Notes: generated by a model from the sequence alone, not told the origin. Counted from the first letter of the stretch, positions 39,754 to 50,462 are shown. The stretch is 64,000 bases of DNA from an uncultured delta proteobacterium (GCA_963737905.1 CAVTUQ010000004.1:128001-192000), one strand, 5' to 3'. Program-made: numbers and translations.

Positions 39754-40455
39754 TCATGTCTGAAGCTTTTTGAGCACCTCGAGCGATCGCGCCCAGGCAG
39801 GATGCGCGGCAGATTCCATATAGCCGCGGCCAGGCGTCATGGTCATGAAACCATGGCCCGCGCCCGGGTACACGTACACCTTCGCATCCGGGAGGCGGGT
39901 GAACGCCGCTTGGATACGCTCGATCGCGGCCATCGGTGCGACCTGATCCCGGTCTCCGTAATGGAAGGAAAGCGGGCAGCGTACCTTGTCTACCTCGTCG
40001 AGGTGCTTTTCGACGTGTGATCCGTGGAAGGAGATTCCGGCATCAGTGCCATAGCGCGCCGCCGCCAAAAGCGCGAAGGGGCCGCCGAAGCAAAACCCCA
40101 TCACGGCAACTTTGCCGTTGCAGCGGGGATGCTTCTTGAGATCGGCGATTACATCAGCGAGATCTTTCATACCCAGCTCAAGGTCGTATCGGTCGTTCCG
40201 AGCGAAGGCGCGCTTGCGGCCGTCTTCGTTCCAGACCAGCGGGCCCGGGTCCGCATCGCGCCAGAACATATCGGGAGCGGACGTAACAAATCCCTCGGCG
40301 GCGAGTGCGTCGGCGTAATAGATCATGTCGCTGTCAACACCGGAAATGGTTGACACGATGATCACGCCCGCTCCCTTGCCGGACTCGGGCGAAGCCACGT
40401 AGGAGTCAAACCTGCCGCCGTCGGCAGCAGCAATCGTAATATGGGTCCCCGCCAT
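39754..40455 (-). CDS. Dienelactone hydrolase family protein
   Basis: GFCFGG nucleophile motif, D..AP, YPGAGHGF. Confidence 0.92.
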   Translation of the reverse strand: MAGTHITIAAADGGRFDSYVASPESGKGAGVIIVSTISGVDSDMIYYADALAAEGFVTSAPDMFWRDADPGPLVWNEDGRKRAFARNDRYDLELGMKDLADVIADLKKHPRCNGKVAVMGFCFGGPFALLAAARYGTDAGISFHGSHVEKHLDEVDKVRCPLSFHYGDRDQVAPMAAIERIQAAFTRLPDAKVYVYPGAGHGFMTMTPGRGYMESAAHPAWARSLEVLKKLQT

Positions 40456-40622
40456 TGCTATTTCCTTTCATGCAATTTTTCATCTTCGGTGAGAGTATCG
40501 GATAACTGGGCGATACGTCAACGTTTCGATTGAAACCCTTGTGTTCGGCATCGGACTGAACTAGCGTCGACATGATTGTTGATGCTCAACGGTATCAAAC
40601 TCGCGATTGCTGATAGACGGAC

Positions 40623-41726
40623 ATGATCACCGCTCATGCCGACGTGATTGGCAGCCTGCTCAGACCACCGAATTTGCTTGCGAGTCAAAAGCAACTCGCC
40701 GCTAGAACCATCACCGCTGCTGAATTCAAAGCGATCGAAGATCGCGCGGTCGATGACGCTATCGCGTTGCAGGAAGATGTGGGCTTGGACATCGTCACCG
40801 ATGGTGAGATGCGGAGGCAGTCGTTTCAGAGCCAGATGACCGCCGCCGTGAGCGGGTTCGGTGAATTTAATCTTGATGCCTTCCTATGGGGTGAATGGTA
40901 CGACGAACAGGGAGTAAAGAAAACCCGTCGGCCTCGCCGGCTCGGGGCGGTCGGCAAGCTGAAACGAATTCGTTACCTCTCGGCGGAGGAAGTTTCTTAT
41001 CTCAAGAGCAGAACGAATCGAATTCCCAAAGTGACAGTTCCAAGCCCCAGCCTGTGGGCTAACTTTTGGTCGCCGAGTTATTCAAGAGACGCTTATCCAA
41101 CGCTTGATGCGTTTCTGGGTGACATCGTTAACATTCTGCGCGAGGAAGTTGCCGAGCTGGTTCGCCTAGGAGCGAGCTACATTCAAATCGACGCGCCACA
41201 CTACGGACTCTTGCTTGATCCCAAAACGAGGGGCTTTTATGAGAGGCGGGGTTGGAGCCTCGATCAATGGCTGAGTCAGGGGATCGAGCTGGACAACGCG
41301 ATCATAGATGGTTTTTCCAATGTGACTTTCGGATTTCATGTCTGACGCGGCAACCAGGGCAGCCGGTGGCTGTCTCAAGGAGGTTATGAATCGATCAGCC
41401 GGGAGCTTTTTCGTAGGCTAAAGGCGCAAAGACTGTTGCTGGAATACGACGATCCTCGCTCCGGCTCCTTTGAGCCACTCAGAGACGTGCCCGGGGACAA
41501 GTTTGTGATTCTAGGACTCATCACGACAAAGCGGCCGGGGCTTGAACCCATCGAGCTATTGCAGCGGCGAATCACGGAAGCCAGTCGGCATGTTCCGCTG
41601 GAACGACTTGGCCTCAGTCCCCAGTGTGGTTTCGCCTCTTCGATCATTGGCAACAATATTTCTCTTGAAGATCAGCGAAGAAAATTGGAGCTTGTCGTTA
41701 GGACTGCCGAAACTGTGTGGGGTTGA
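40623..41726 (+). CDS. Cobalamin-independent methionine synthase-like (single-barrel MetE family) selenoprotein, 367 aa, predicted Sec241
   Basis: GSLLRP, TDGEMRR, YIQIDAP, then FGFHV-TGA(41343-41345)-RGNQGSRWLSQGGYE...LEYDD.R.G.F...LSPQCGF, in frame with ORF 41436..41726. H-x-C-RGN is the zinc-binding motif. Confidence 0.88.
41357..41375 (+). promoter_or_regulatory. Candidate bacterial SECIS hairpin
   Basis: GGGCAGCC[GGU]GGCUGUCU; the loop G follows a 19-nt spacer after the UGA. Confidence 0.7.
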
Positions 41727-41734
41727 AAAAGTTT

Positions 41735-42487
41735 TCAGGCGGCCTGGGTCAGCGCTCGCCAGACGAGCGTCACTCCGATGACGAATAATAGGACCAACAG
41801 GCTACGATTGAAAGTTTGCTGGTTCACGCGGTCTTGGATTTTGAGACCGCCGTAAAATCCTAGCAGCACGAACAAAGTCACTTCTAGAGATAGGGAGAGA
41901 GTGGACCAGTTAAAAAGATTCCAGGTCGATACCGCAACCAACTGGCTTAACTTGGTGATAATAAAAATCGTCGCGATGGTCTTGATGAATTCTCGCTTCT
42001 GCAACTTGAGGTTATAGAGATAGATCGCTAATGCGGGTCCGGCGGCATTGGTCATACCATTGAGGAAGCCGCTGACAAACCCGACAGGTAGCGCAAGCAT
42101 TTTCTCGAGCCGCGGCGAGATCTCAATCTTAAATTGGAGCCAATTTGAAACGATAAAAACCAGCACCATCACGCCCAAACAGAAATTAAGAATCCAGAGC
42201 GGTAGAGTGACCAGAACCTTTGTTCCTACGAAAACGCCGATAATCGTCACCAACAAAAACCAGGGGAAACGACGCACCACCTCAAAGGGAAACCCACCGC
42301 GAAAGATCTGCGTGATATCCATTACGAGATTGGGAAGAATCAGGATGGTGATGGCGGTCCGAATGTCCAGCAGGAGTGCCACAGTCGGCGTACCGATTAA
42401 CGGGAAGCCCATCCCCGTGGCACCCTTGACCAAGGCAGCAAACAGGAGCGCTAGACCTACGAGAATCGTAGACAGATCGAGAGGCAT
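41735..42487 (-). CDS. TauE/SafE family sulfite exporter-like membrane protein
   Basis: About 8 TM segments, KG.TG.GF and G...G....GP motifs. Confidence 0.85.
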   Translation of the reverse strand: MPLDLSTILVGLALLFAALVKGATGMGFPLIGTPTVALLLDIRTAITILILPNLVMDITQIFRGGFPFEVVRRFPWFLLVTIIGVFVGTKVLVTLPLWILNFCLGVMVLVFIVSNWLQFKIEISPRLEKMLALPVGFVSGFLNGMTNAAGPALAIYLYNLKLQKREFIKTIATIFIITKLSQLVAVSTWNLFNWSTLSLSLEVTLFVLLGFYGGLKIQDRVNQQTFNRSLLVLLFVIGVTLVWRALTQAA

Positions 42488-42524
42488 TTTACGCAACAGG
42501 CCGTAGCGGAGAGTTCCAGCTTTG

Positions 42525-44120
42525 CTAAGGCTTCCTCCGCTGTCCCGTCTGCTTCTCGCCGGTTACAAAATAATCACCTTTCACCGCCAGCTCTGCTTCC
42601 TCTTCATCCTCCTGTGTCCACGCGCCGAGACTGTAGCCGTGCCACGGCATCCGCGGTTTAAGCGCCGGGAGTCCCAATTCTTCCCAAATCGCTTTGGATC
42701 TCTCCATGAACTCCCTTTTAGGGAGGGAAACCGGCGTGTAAGGCCATGGGCGCACGGCATTGATCAACAACGCTCCGATGGATGCCATCCGGACATCGAG
42801 ACTTTCCATTCCAGGAGGATGCGACGATGGGTCGAGTCCGGGCGGTTTTCCTTTGGCGATAAAAATATCTTCCTCCGGTCTCACATTGAAACAGATCGCC
42901 CAGTTAACCATCGCCGGATCATGGATATCGATGTCCTCGTCGACGGCAATACAGACCTTCGCGTAGGCTCCCGTGAAGCCCGCCGACGCATTCAATGCTC
43001 TCCACGCGTCGGCCTTTGTGGCGTTGCGCATCTTGATGACGCAGTACGCCTGTCCACTACCGCTGACCTCGTCGTGCAAAGCAACGTCTAAGACCGCCGC
43101 GTTGCCGCTATCGTGGCGCAAGAATTTATAGATGATCTTTTCTGTCCCGGTGTGTTTGATTTTGCTACTTTCGCTGGGGGGAAACTGGCTCATCAGAGCC
43201 GTGTAAATAGCGTCCTTGCGGTGCGTAATGCAGGTCACCTGCAGATACGGAGACATCGTCCGGTGGCCCATGTATCCCGGATATTCGCCGAATGGCCCTT
43301 CGGGCTCAATGGAATCCGTCGGAATAATTCCTTCTATGATTATTTCCGCTGTCGCCGGAACAAGCAGGTCGATGGTCTTGCAAGGCACCACGGGCACGGC
43401 TTCTCCTGCTAATCCGCCGGCGAGCCGGTATTCGTCAAAATCGTACGGTATCTTTGCGGTAGCCGAGTATGCGATGTTCGGAGTGACGCCGATGGCAATG
43501 GCTGCCTCGAGCGGCACGCCCATGGTTTTGCATTTGCGCCAGTGCAACCCCATGTGTTGAGAAGTAAAAAATCCACCGGCGCGGTCCGGCGCCTTTATCT
43601 GGCTGCGATAGTTGCCGATATTGTATACGCCGGTTTCCGGATCCTTAGTGATCCAATTGGCCGAAGTGAGATACGGTGCGTTATCGAAACCCGGAGTCGA
43701 GATCGGAACTGGAATCATATCGAGGCCGTGACCGTTGAGTAAATCTTTGCTCTGCCATACGACTTCCTGAGCCGGACCCGATTCAACTACTACCGGATCT
43801 ACAGGGTGCAGCTGCGCTTGCGTCCAGCGCTCGTGGATTTCATCCGGTTCGCACATCATCCCGATCGCGTATATCTCAGTGGTGGCTGCCAAGGTGCCGA
43901 CGGTTACCGGCATCGGGTATTTTTTCCCTTTCGCGTCGATGACGTTCTCAAACAAGAACGCCTTACGTTGACCCTCATCGAGACCGCGAAACTGCCAACG
44001 CACCAGGGGCATTAGTTCCGTATCTTTGTTGATCTCTCGCTCGATTCTGATTAGCTTTCCGCGCTCCTCCAGTGCCTTTACATGCTCGCGAAAATCTCGG
44101 TAATATTTTTTATTCGCCAT
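42525..44120 (-). CDS. UbiD family (prFMN) decarboxylase
   Basis: N.GNYR, EIIIEG, EGPFGEY.GY, VDEDID. Confidence 0.9.
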   Translation of the reverse strand: MANKKYYRDFREHVKALEERGKLIRIEREINKDTELMPLVRWQFRGLDEGQRKAFLFENVIDAKGKKYPMPVTVGTLAATTEIYAIGMMCEPDEIHERWTQAQLHPVDPVVVESGPAQEVVWQSKDLLNGHGLDMIPVPISTPGFDNAPYLTSANWITKDPETGVYNIGNYRSQIKAPDRAGGFFTSQHMGLHWRKCKTMGVPLEAAIAIGVTPNIAYSATAKIPYDFDEYRLAGGLAGEAVPVVPCKTIDLLVPATAEIIIEGIIPTDSIEPEGPFGEYPGYMGHRTMSPYLQVTCITHRKDAIYTALMSQFPPSESSKIKHTGTEKIIYKFLRHDSGNAAVLDVALHDEVSGSGQAYCVIKMRNATKADAWRALNASAGFTGAYAKVCIAVDEDIDIHDPAMVNWAICFNVRPEEDIFIAKGKPPGLDPSSHPPGMESLDVRMASIGALLINAVRPWPYTPVSLPKREFMERSKAIWEELGLPALKPRMPWHGYSLGAWTQEDEEEAELAVKGDYFVTGEKQTGQRRKP

Positions 44121-44261
44121 CGCTCTCTCCGGTGATAAAGTTCTCCTCCCATCTATCATCTGCGATGTCCTACTTGTCAAGCAAACAGTTGACAATGACG
44201 ATGACCTGACCTAACTCTTGAGGCAGTAATTTGCCGCAGCATAGATTAAAGTCATTAGACC

Positions 44262-45455
44262 ATGACCTTCGCTCGAGAAATTCTCTGCCCCCGCTGTCAC
44301 AATCGCTTTGCCCTCTCTCAATTGCTCAACCTTTGCTCGTGCGGTTCGCCTTTGCTCGTGCGCTACGATCTAAAAACAGCTTCGGTGGCGCTCGCCAAAT
44401 CCTCTCTGCGCGGTCGAGCCCCAACGCTTTGGCGCTACCGCGAGCTATTACCGCTGGAGGATGACGCAAATCTGATCTCGTTAGGGGAAGGCTTCACGCC
44501 GCTTCTCAAGGCAAAAACCCTAGCCCGGGAATGCGGGGTGCAAAAACTTTGGATCAAAGACGAGGCGCAGAATCCCACCGGATCATTCAAAGATCGGGGG
44601 CTTTCGCTCGCGGTCTCGCGTGCCAAAGAGCTCGGAGTAAAAAAAATCGCCATCCCTTCCGCCGGGAACGCCGGCGGCTCGCTCTCCGCCTATGCGGCGC
44701 GCGCCGGAATCGAGGCTCATGTCTTTATGCCCAAGGACACCCCTTTGGCAAACCAGATTGAAGCGCGGCAGTATGGCGCGCGGCTCACTCTGGTGGATGG
44801 CTTGATCAACGATTGCGGCAGGATTATCGCCGAAAGAAAAACCGCCGAAGGTTGGTTTGACGTCTCGACGCTCAAGGAACCCTACCGGGTCGAAGGCAAG
44901 AAGACCATGGGGTATGAAATCGCCGAGCAGCTTAACTGGAAGCTGCCGGACGTGATTATCTATCCCACCGGTGGCGGCACCGGCCTTATCGGGATGTGGA
45001 AGGCTTTTAGCGAGATGGAAGAAATGGGCTGGTTGGGTAAAGATCGGCCGCGCATGGTTTCGGTGCAGGCTAGCGGCTGCGCTCCGATTGTAAGAGCGTT
45101 TGAGGAAGGCAAGGATGCAGCAGAGCCGTGGCAAGACGCGAAGACTGTCGCTTCCGGCTTGCGCGTGCCCCAGGCGGTGGCCGATTTCTTGATGCTAAAG
45201 GCTCTGCGAGAGAGCAAAGGCACAGCGCTAAGCGTTTCCGACGATGACATGCTCGCGGAGATTCCGCGCGTTGGCCGCGCCGAAGGAATCTTTTTTTGCC
45301 CCGAGGGGGCCGCTTGCGTCGCAGCCTTGCGCCAACTAACGCAGCAAGGATGGATCAAGCCCAACGATGAGGTCGTGATCTTTAATACCGCCACGGGCCT
45401 CAAATACTTGGATGTGCTCCAGGACACCCCGCCAACAAACAAGCATCTCGCGTAA
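44262..45455 (+). CDS. thrC: Threonine synthase-like PLP enzyme
   Basis: LWRYRELLP, SLGEGFTPL, NPTGSFKDRG, SAGNAG, EGKKTMG.E. Confidence 0.85.
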   Translation: MTFAREILCPRCHNRFALSQLLNLCSCGSPLLVRYDLKTASVALAKSSLRGRAPTLWRYRELLPLEDDANLISLGEGFTPLLKAKTLARECGVQKLWIKDEAQNPTGSFKDRGLSLAVSRAKELGVKKIAIPSAGNAGGSLSAYAARAGIEAHVFMPKDTPLANQIEARQYGARLTLVDGLINDCGRIIAERKTAEGWFDVSTLKEPYRVEGKKTMGYEIAEQLNWKLPDVIIYPTGGGTGLIGMWKAFSEMEEMGWLGKDRPRMVSVQASGCAPIVRAFEEGKDAAEPWQDAKTVASGLRVPQAVADFLMLKALRESKGTALSVSDDDMLAEIPRVGRAEGIFFCPEGAACVAALRQLTQQGWIKPNDEVVIFNTATGLKYLDVLQDTPPTNKHLA

Positions 45456-45483
45456 TGAATTCCACTTTTTTCCATCGACAGCC

Positions 45484-46467
45484 GTGAAGCGAACAGCGCG
45501 AAAAAAAGTCGCAGTCCTCGGCGCTCGTTACGGCGACCTGGCCGTCGAGAGACGGATGCTGGATCCGCTGGGAGTCGATCTATTCGAATCCCGAGGAGCG
45601 ACCGAAGATGAGATTGTCGGCGCTTCTGCGGAGGCTCAAGTAATACTTTGTGGCGGCGCCCCCAAGATCAGCGCAGCGGTTATTCGGCGGCTTCCTGAAC
45701 TGAAGGCCGTCGTGCGGTATGGTATCGGCGTCGATACGGTAGATCTCGCCGAATGCACCAAGCGCGGTATTTACGTCGCCAACATTCCCGACTACTGCAT
45801 CGAAGAGGTCGCAACCCACGCGCTAGCGCTCATTTTGTCGTGGGCAAGAAAGATTCCCATCGCCCGAGCAAATACCCGCGCCGGACACTGGGATGTCGCT
45901 TCCGTTAAACCCCTGCAATCACCACGAGAGCTTGTCTTGGGCATCTTGGGGTTCGGCCGGATCGCGCAAAGTCTTTGCCGCATGGCTCGCGGAATCGGTT
46001 TCCAAGTTTGGGCCAGCGACCCTTATGTGGCAAAAAGCCGTATCTTGAAGAAGGGAGCACGACCGGTTTCTCTCAATATCCTTGTCCGCCAATCTGACTT
46101 CATCTCACTGCATCTGCCGCTGAGCACTAAGACGCGGCACATCATCAATGCCGAACAGTTGAAAAAGATGAAGCCCACGGCCTATTTGGTGAACACGGCG
46201 AGAGGTGAGCTGATCGATGAACAAGCGCTGCAGGCCGCATTGAACCGCGGCGACCTCGCTGGGGCAGCGTTGGATGTGATGGAAATAGAGCCGCCAAGCC
46301 CCGACCACCCGCTGCGCACCCTGAAAAATCTCATCCTGACCCCACATTGCGCCTGGTACACGGAACGTTCACAAAACGAACTCCGCCGAAAGGCTTGTGA
46401 CGAAGTGATTCGAGTGCTTCGCGGAGGCGTTCCTAAGAGCATTGTTAATACGGAAGTCTTACGATAG
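45484..46467 (+). CDS. D-isomer 2-hydroxyacid dehydrogenase (CtBP-like)
   Basis: RYGIGVD, GFGRIA, LVNTARG, LTPH.AWY; start uncertain. Confidence 0.88.
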   Translation: MKRTARKKVAVLGARYGDLAVERRMLDPLGVDLFESRGATEDEIVGASAEAQVILCGGAPKISAAVIRRLPELKAVVRYGIGVDTVDLAECTKRGIYVANIPDYCIEEVATHALALILSWARKIPIARANTRAGHWDVASVKPLQSPRELVLGILGFGRIAQSLCRMARGIGFQVWASDPYVAKSRILKKGARPVSLNILVRQSDFISLHLPLSTKTRHIINAEQLKKMKPTAYLVNTARGELIDEQALQAALNRGDLAGAALDVMEIEPPSPDHPLRTLKNLILTPHCAWYTERSQNELRRKACDEVIRVLRGGVPKSIVNTEVLR

Positions 46468-46549
46468 ATAGAAACCAAGCCTCCAGGCCCAAGCCTTTAT
46501 GGCGGCGATCTTATTGGCTGAGTCGATAAGAGAAGAAAGGAGATTTCTC

Positions 46550-47566
46550 ATGAAGGGCAGACAGTTTCTCGTGGCTCTCGCTATCCTTGGCTTTGTATTC
46601 GATGCCTACGCACAAAAAGATCCGTTGCTCGATGCCGCTAAGCGCGAGGGGAAAGTGGTTTTCTACTCCTCGGAAGATCGCACGGCTCTTACGGATCCGG
46701 TAAAGGTCTTTGACAGTAAGTATGGCATCCCCGTGGATCTCAACAGGCAATCGACCGGACGGATTCTCAAGGTCGCCCAGTCTGAATTCGAGACGAATAC
46801 AGTTCGATCCGACGTATTGGACATCACCAACCCCCTGGTCTTCTTTGACTGGAAAAAGAAGGGCTATTTGAAGCAATGGAAAGCCAGCCACGCTGATGAT
46901 CAGGTCTCAGACCTCTTCAGAGACAACGACGATACGATCTGGTCCAGAAGGTTACTGATCACCTGCATCGGCTACAACAAAAAAAACATCGGTGAGGCTG
47001 AGGCGCCGAAGAGCTGGCAAGAGCTGGTTACGCCGAAGTGGAAAGACAAAGTTGTTACTGCCGGTCCGGAATCCGGGCCTACCTTCGGCTGGATTGTCTA
47101 CATGAGCAAGAAATTCGGCTGGGATTATTTCGACAAGCTCCACGCCAATAATCCGATCGTCGCCCCGAGTAGCGATGAGACCGTGGCCCTCTTGGCTACA
47201 GGAGAGAGGCCGGTCGCGATTGTCAATTGCTTCGACATCCTTGAAGCCGGGGCGCAAGGCTCTCCGGTAGGAAACATCTTTCCCACCGACGGTCTCGGGG
47301 TCTGGTGGGCTGGACTGGCGATTCCCAAGGCGGCCCCTCATCCGAATGCCGCGCTGCTCTTGGCGAACTTCGTGATGAGCGCCGAGGGCGCCGCCGCGGC
47401 GTCCAAGGGTCGGCATGGTTACATCGCTTACCTCAACAAAGATACGCCGATGGCCAAGGTCTTACCGCCTATGAAGGAACTGGTGAAAGGCTATCCGAAG
47501 ATCGATTGGGCCACTCTCGATCCCGCGCAGATCACCAAAGAGTTTCGCAAGCGGATGGGGCAATAG
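46550..47566 (+). CDS. ABC substrate-binding protein (Fe3+/thiamine/polyamine-like class)
   Basis: AAKREGKVVFYS, PKSW.EL..PKWK, APHPNAA.L..NF. Confidence 0.88.
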   Translation: MKGRQFLVALAILGFVFDAYAQKDPLLDAAKREGKVVFYSSEDRTALTDPVKVFDSKYGIPVDLNRQSTGRILKVAQSEFETNTVRSDVLDITNPLVFFDWKKKGYLKQWKASHADDQVSDLFRDNDDTIWSRRLLITCIGYNKKNIGEAEAPKSWQELVTPKWKDKVVTAGPESGPTFGWIVYMSKKFGWDYFDKLHANNPIVAPSSDETVALLATGERPVAIVNCFDILEAGAQGSPVGNIFPTDGLGVWWAGLAIPKAAPHPNAALLLANFVMSAEGAAAASKGRHGYIAYLNKDTPMAKVLPPMKELVKGYPKIDWATLDPAQITKEFRKRMGQ

Positions 47567-47587
47567 TAGCTTCTGTTAGGCAGGGCT

Positions 47588-49333
47588 ATGGCGAAGAACG
47601 CGGACCGGCCGCTCTCACTGGGGGAAGAGAGTAACCAGGGTTTGTCGCTGCCCAGGCGCGCATTAGGACCGGCGTTCCTTATCGTCTCCCGCAGCCTTCC
47701 CGTAATTCTTCCCCTTCTCGTCCTGGCGGTCCTTGTTCTCTATCCTGTAGCCGGACTCGTCGGCTCCAGCTTCTTTGGCGAAAATGGCTTTACACTCGCT
47801 AATTATACTCAGTTGCTGTCCCCGCGCTTCTTCAAAATAATGGCCAATACGGTGACGCTGGGCCTCGGCTCGGCCATATTGGCTACGGCGGTGGGAACGA
47901 TCTTCGCCTGGCTGTGCGTTTGCACGGATCTGCCCTTTAGAAAAATCTTCACGATCCTTCATATCGCTCCGTACGGCTTGCCTACCATCGCCGCCGCTCT
48001 CGCTTGGATATTCCTACTTACTCCCAAGGCCGGACTCTTCAACAGATTTCTCATGTGGCTGTTTGGTATGGAAACCGCGCCTTTTAACATACTAAGCATG
48101 CCCGGCATGATATGGGCCCTATGCGCTCACTTATACCCGTGGGCTTTCCTACTCACCTCGGGGGCCTTCGCGACGATGGACCGGTCGCTGGAGGATGCGG
48201 CGCGAATGAGCGGGGCGAGCGAATTCAAGACGTTTCGGAAGATCACTGTGCCGCTTGTCACGCCGAGCATCGCCGCCGCATTCATTCTGGTATTTAGCAT
48301 ATCGATTGAACAGTTCTCGATTGGGGGGACCATTGGGGTACTCGCAAGGATTCCCATCTTGCCTGTGGAAATCTACAGATCCATCGCCGTCTATCCCCCG
48401 GATTGGGGATTTGCCACCACATTGTCAGTGGTTCTCCTTTGCCTAACCAGCTTGCTTGTCTATGGACAAAACAGAATCCTGGCAGGAAAGTCCTTTGTCA
48501 CGGTCACTGGGAAAGAGACCATGGAGCGCGTCAAGCTCGGTAAGTGGCGCTGGATCGCTTTCAGCCTTTCGGTGGTTTTTGTTTCCTTCGCCGTCGTCCT
48601 ACCTTACATCGGGATCATCATGGTGTCGCTGAGCCCCTCGTTGGGCGCGGATTTGACGCTCCACAATTTTACTTTCAAGCACTATGCCTACATTTTCACC
48701 GAGCATCCCTTTGTTTTCCGCGCTATTGGAAACAGCTTTTTCTTGGCCTTTTCCGCGGCAACTCTGCTCGCGATTTTCACGTTGGCGGTGGCGGTCGTGG
48801 TCAAGCGCGGCCAGGCTCCAGGACGGGGAATACTGGGCTACCTGACTCGATGGCCCATCGCCATCCCGGGCAGCGTCATCGCTGTATCGCTCCTTTACGC
48901 CTATATCAAACCTCCCTTGCAACTGGTCGGGACAATGTGGATCCTTTTACTCGCGTACTTGATTCGAAACCTCCCCTATGCCTACAGCGCAGCCTACGCG
49001 GGGCTCTCGAGGGTCGACCCCACGCTCGAGGAGGCTGCAAGAATTCACAGTACCCCGGCGCGCCGGACTTTTTTTCGCATTATCGTGCCGCTGACGATTC
49101 CCAGCGTCATGGCCGGATGGGTAATCGCTTTTATCAACTCCCTAAGAGAGCTACCGGCCTCACTGTTGCTGTTCTCACCAGGGAATGAAACCATCTCTGT
49201 AGCCATCTACGAGATGTTTGAAGAGGGAGCATTTCAGTTGACCAACGCCGCGGCGCTTATGACCTTGCTTTCGCTGATAACGGTTTTACCAGCCGTTATA
49301 ATTCGCCTGCGATCTCGCGAAGCGGCAAGTTAA
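47588..49333 (+). CDS. ABC permease (FbpB-like, two domains)
   Basis: Two EAA loops (LEDAARMSGA, LEEAARI), about 12 TM segments. Confidence 0.9.
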   Translation: MAKNADRPLSLGEESNQGLSLPRRALGPAFLIVSRSLPVILPLLVLAVLVLYPVAGLVGSSFFGENGFTLANYTQLLSPRFFKIMANTVTLGLGSAILATAVGTIFAWLCVCTDLPFRKIFTILHIAPYGLPTIAAALAWIFLLTPKAGLFNRFLMWLFGMETAPFNILSMPGMIWALCAHLYPWAFLLTSGAFATMDRSLEDAARMSGASEFKTFRKITVPLVTPSIAAAFILVFSISIEQFSIGGTIGVLARIPILPVEIYRSIAVYPPDWGFATTLSVVLLCLTSLLVYGQNRILAGKSFVTVTGKETMERVKLGKWRWIAFSLSVVFVSFAVVLPYIGIIMVSLSPSLGADLTLHNFTFKHYAYIFTEHPFVFRAIGNSFFLAFSAATLLAIFTLAVAVVVKRGQAPGRGILGYLTRWPIAIPGSVIAVSLLYAYIKPPLQLVGTMWILLLAYLIRNLPYAYSAAYAGLSRVDPTLEEAARIHSTPARRTFFRIIVPLTIPSVMAGWVIAFINSLRELPASLLLFSPGNETISVAIYEMFEEGAFQLTNAAALMTLLSLITVLPAVIIRLRSREAAS

Positions 49334-49352
49334 AAAGGAAGCGACGTCACAC

Positions 49353-50435
49353 TTGGCATATGTCGAGCTGAAAAATCTCCGCAAGCTGTACGGTAAGACG
49401 GTCGCTGTCGATGGCGTCGATCTCGAGATAGGGAAAGGTGAATTCATGACCCTATTGGGACCCAGCGGCTGCGGAAAAACCACCACCTTGAGGATGATTG
49501 CAGGGCTCGTTGAACCGACGGACGGAGAAATCAGTGTGGGCGGCAAATTATTGTCCTCGCCCGGCACGAAGGCAGTCCCCCCGGAAAAGAGGAACATGGG
49601 GATGGTCTTCCAAAGCTTCGCCGTATGGCCTCACATGAGCGTTTTCGAGAACGTGGCCTTTCCCCTGCATAACCTGAAAATGTCCAACGATGAAATCCGC
49701 AAACGGGTGCATGCCGCATTGGAGCTAGTCAAATTGGCCGGACTGGAAGATCGGTATCCCTCCCACTTGAGCGGCGGTCAGCAGCAGCGGGTCGCCTTGG
49801 CTCGCGCCATGGCTGTCGAGCCCGACATCTTGTTGTTCGATGAGCCTCTGAGCAATCTCGATGCAAAGCTAAGAGAAGAGATGAGATTCGAGTTGAAAGA
49901 AATTCAACGAAGAATCGGCGTAACATCGATTTACGTCACCCACGATCAAGCGGAGGCGATGGCCATTTCCGATCGGATCGCCGTCATGTTCCAAGGAAAA
50001 ATCAAGCAGATCGGGATCCCGTGCGACATTTACGATAGCCCGCAGGACACATTTACCGCGGAATTCATAGGGCTCGCCAATCACTTGCCCGGCACGGTGA
50101 CAGGCGAGAGCGTCGTCAGATTGACGAGTCAACAGGACCTGGTGATCAATGGATCCACCGGTGCGAAATTGGGAGCGGAAGTATTGGTCTCGATTCGCCC
50201 GCATAATATTAAGATCAAGACCGTAGATCGAACGGATAACGGCGAAAAGAACCAACTCTGCGGAGTGGTCGACAAGGTCGCCTATCTTGGCGATAGAGTT
50301 GATTACCGGATCTTGGTCGGCGACAGCGCGATCAGAGTTCAGACCGAACCCGGAGAGATCTTTACGGAGGGAACGAAGGTGTTGCTAGTGCTTCCTCCCG
50401 GTAAAATCGGTGTCATTCCGGCAAGGGTACAATGA
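49353..50435 (+). CDS. ABC ATPase (FbpC/PotA-like)
   Basis: GPSGCGKT, LSGGQQQR, DEPLSNLD, TOBE-type tail. Confidence 0.93.
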   Translation: MAYVELKNLRKLYGKTVAVDGVDLEIGKGEFMTLLGPSGCGKTTTLRMIAGLVEPTDGEISVGGKLLSSPGTKAVPPEKRNMGMVFQSFAVWPHMSVFENVAFPLHNLKMSNDEIRKRVHAALELVKLAGLEDRYPSHLSGGQQQRVALARAMAVEPDILLFDEPLSNLDAKLREEMRFELKEIQRRIGVTSIYVTHDQAEAMAISDRIAVMFQGKIKQIGIPCDIYDSPQDTFTAEFIGLANHLPGTVTGESVVRLTSQQDLVINGSTGAKLGAEVLVSIRPHNIKIKTVDRTDNGEKNQLCGVVDKVAYLGDRVDYRILVGDSAIRVQTEPGEIFTEGTKVLLVLPPGKIGVIPARVQ

Positions 50436-50462
50436 CTGGGATATTTTAGACGTTAAGACGGA

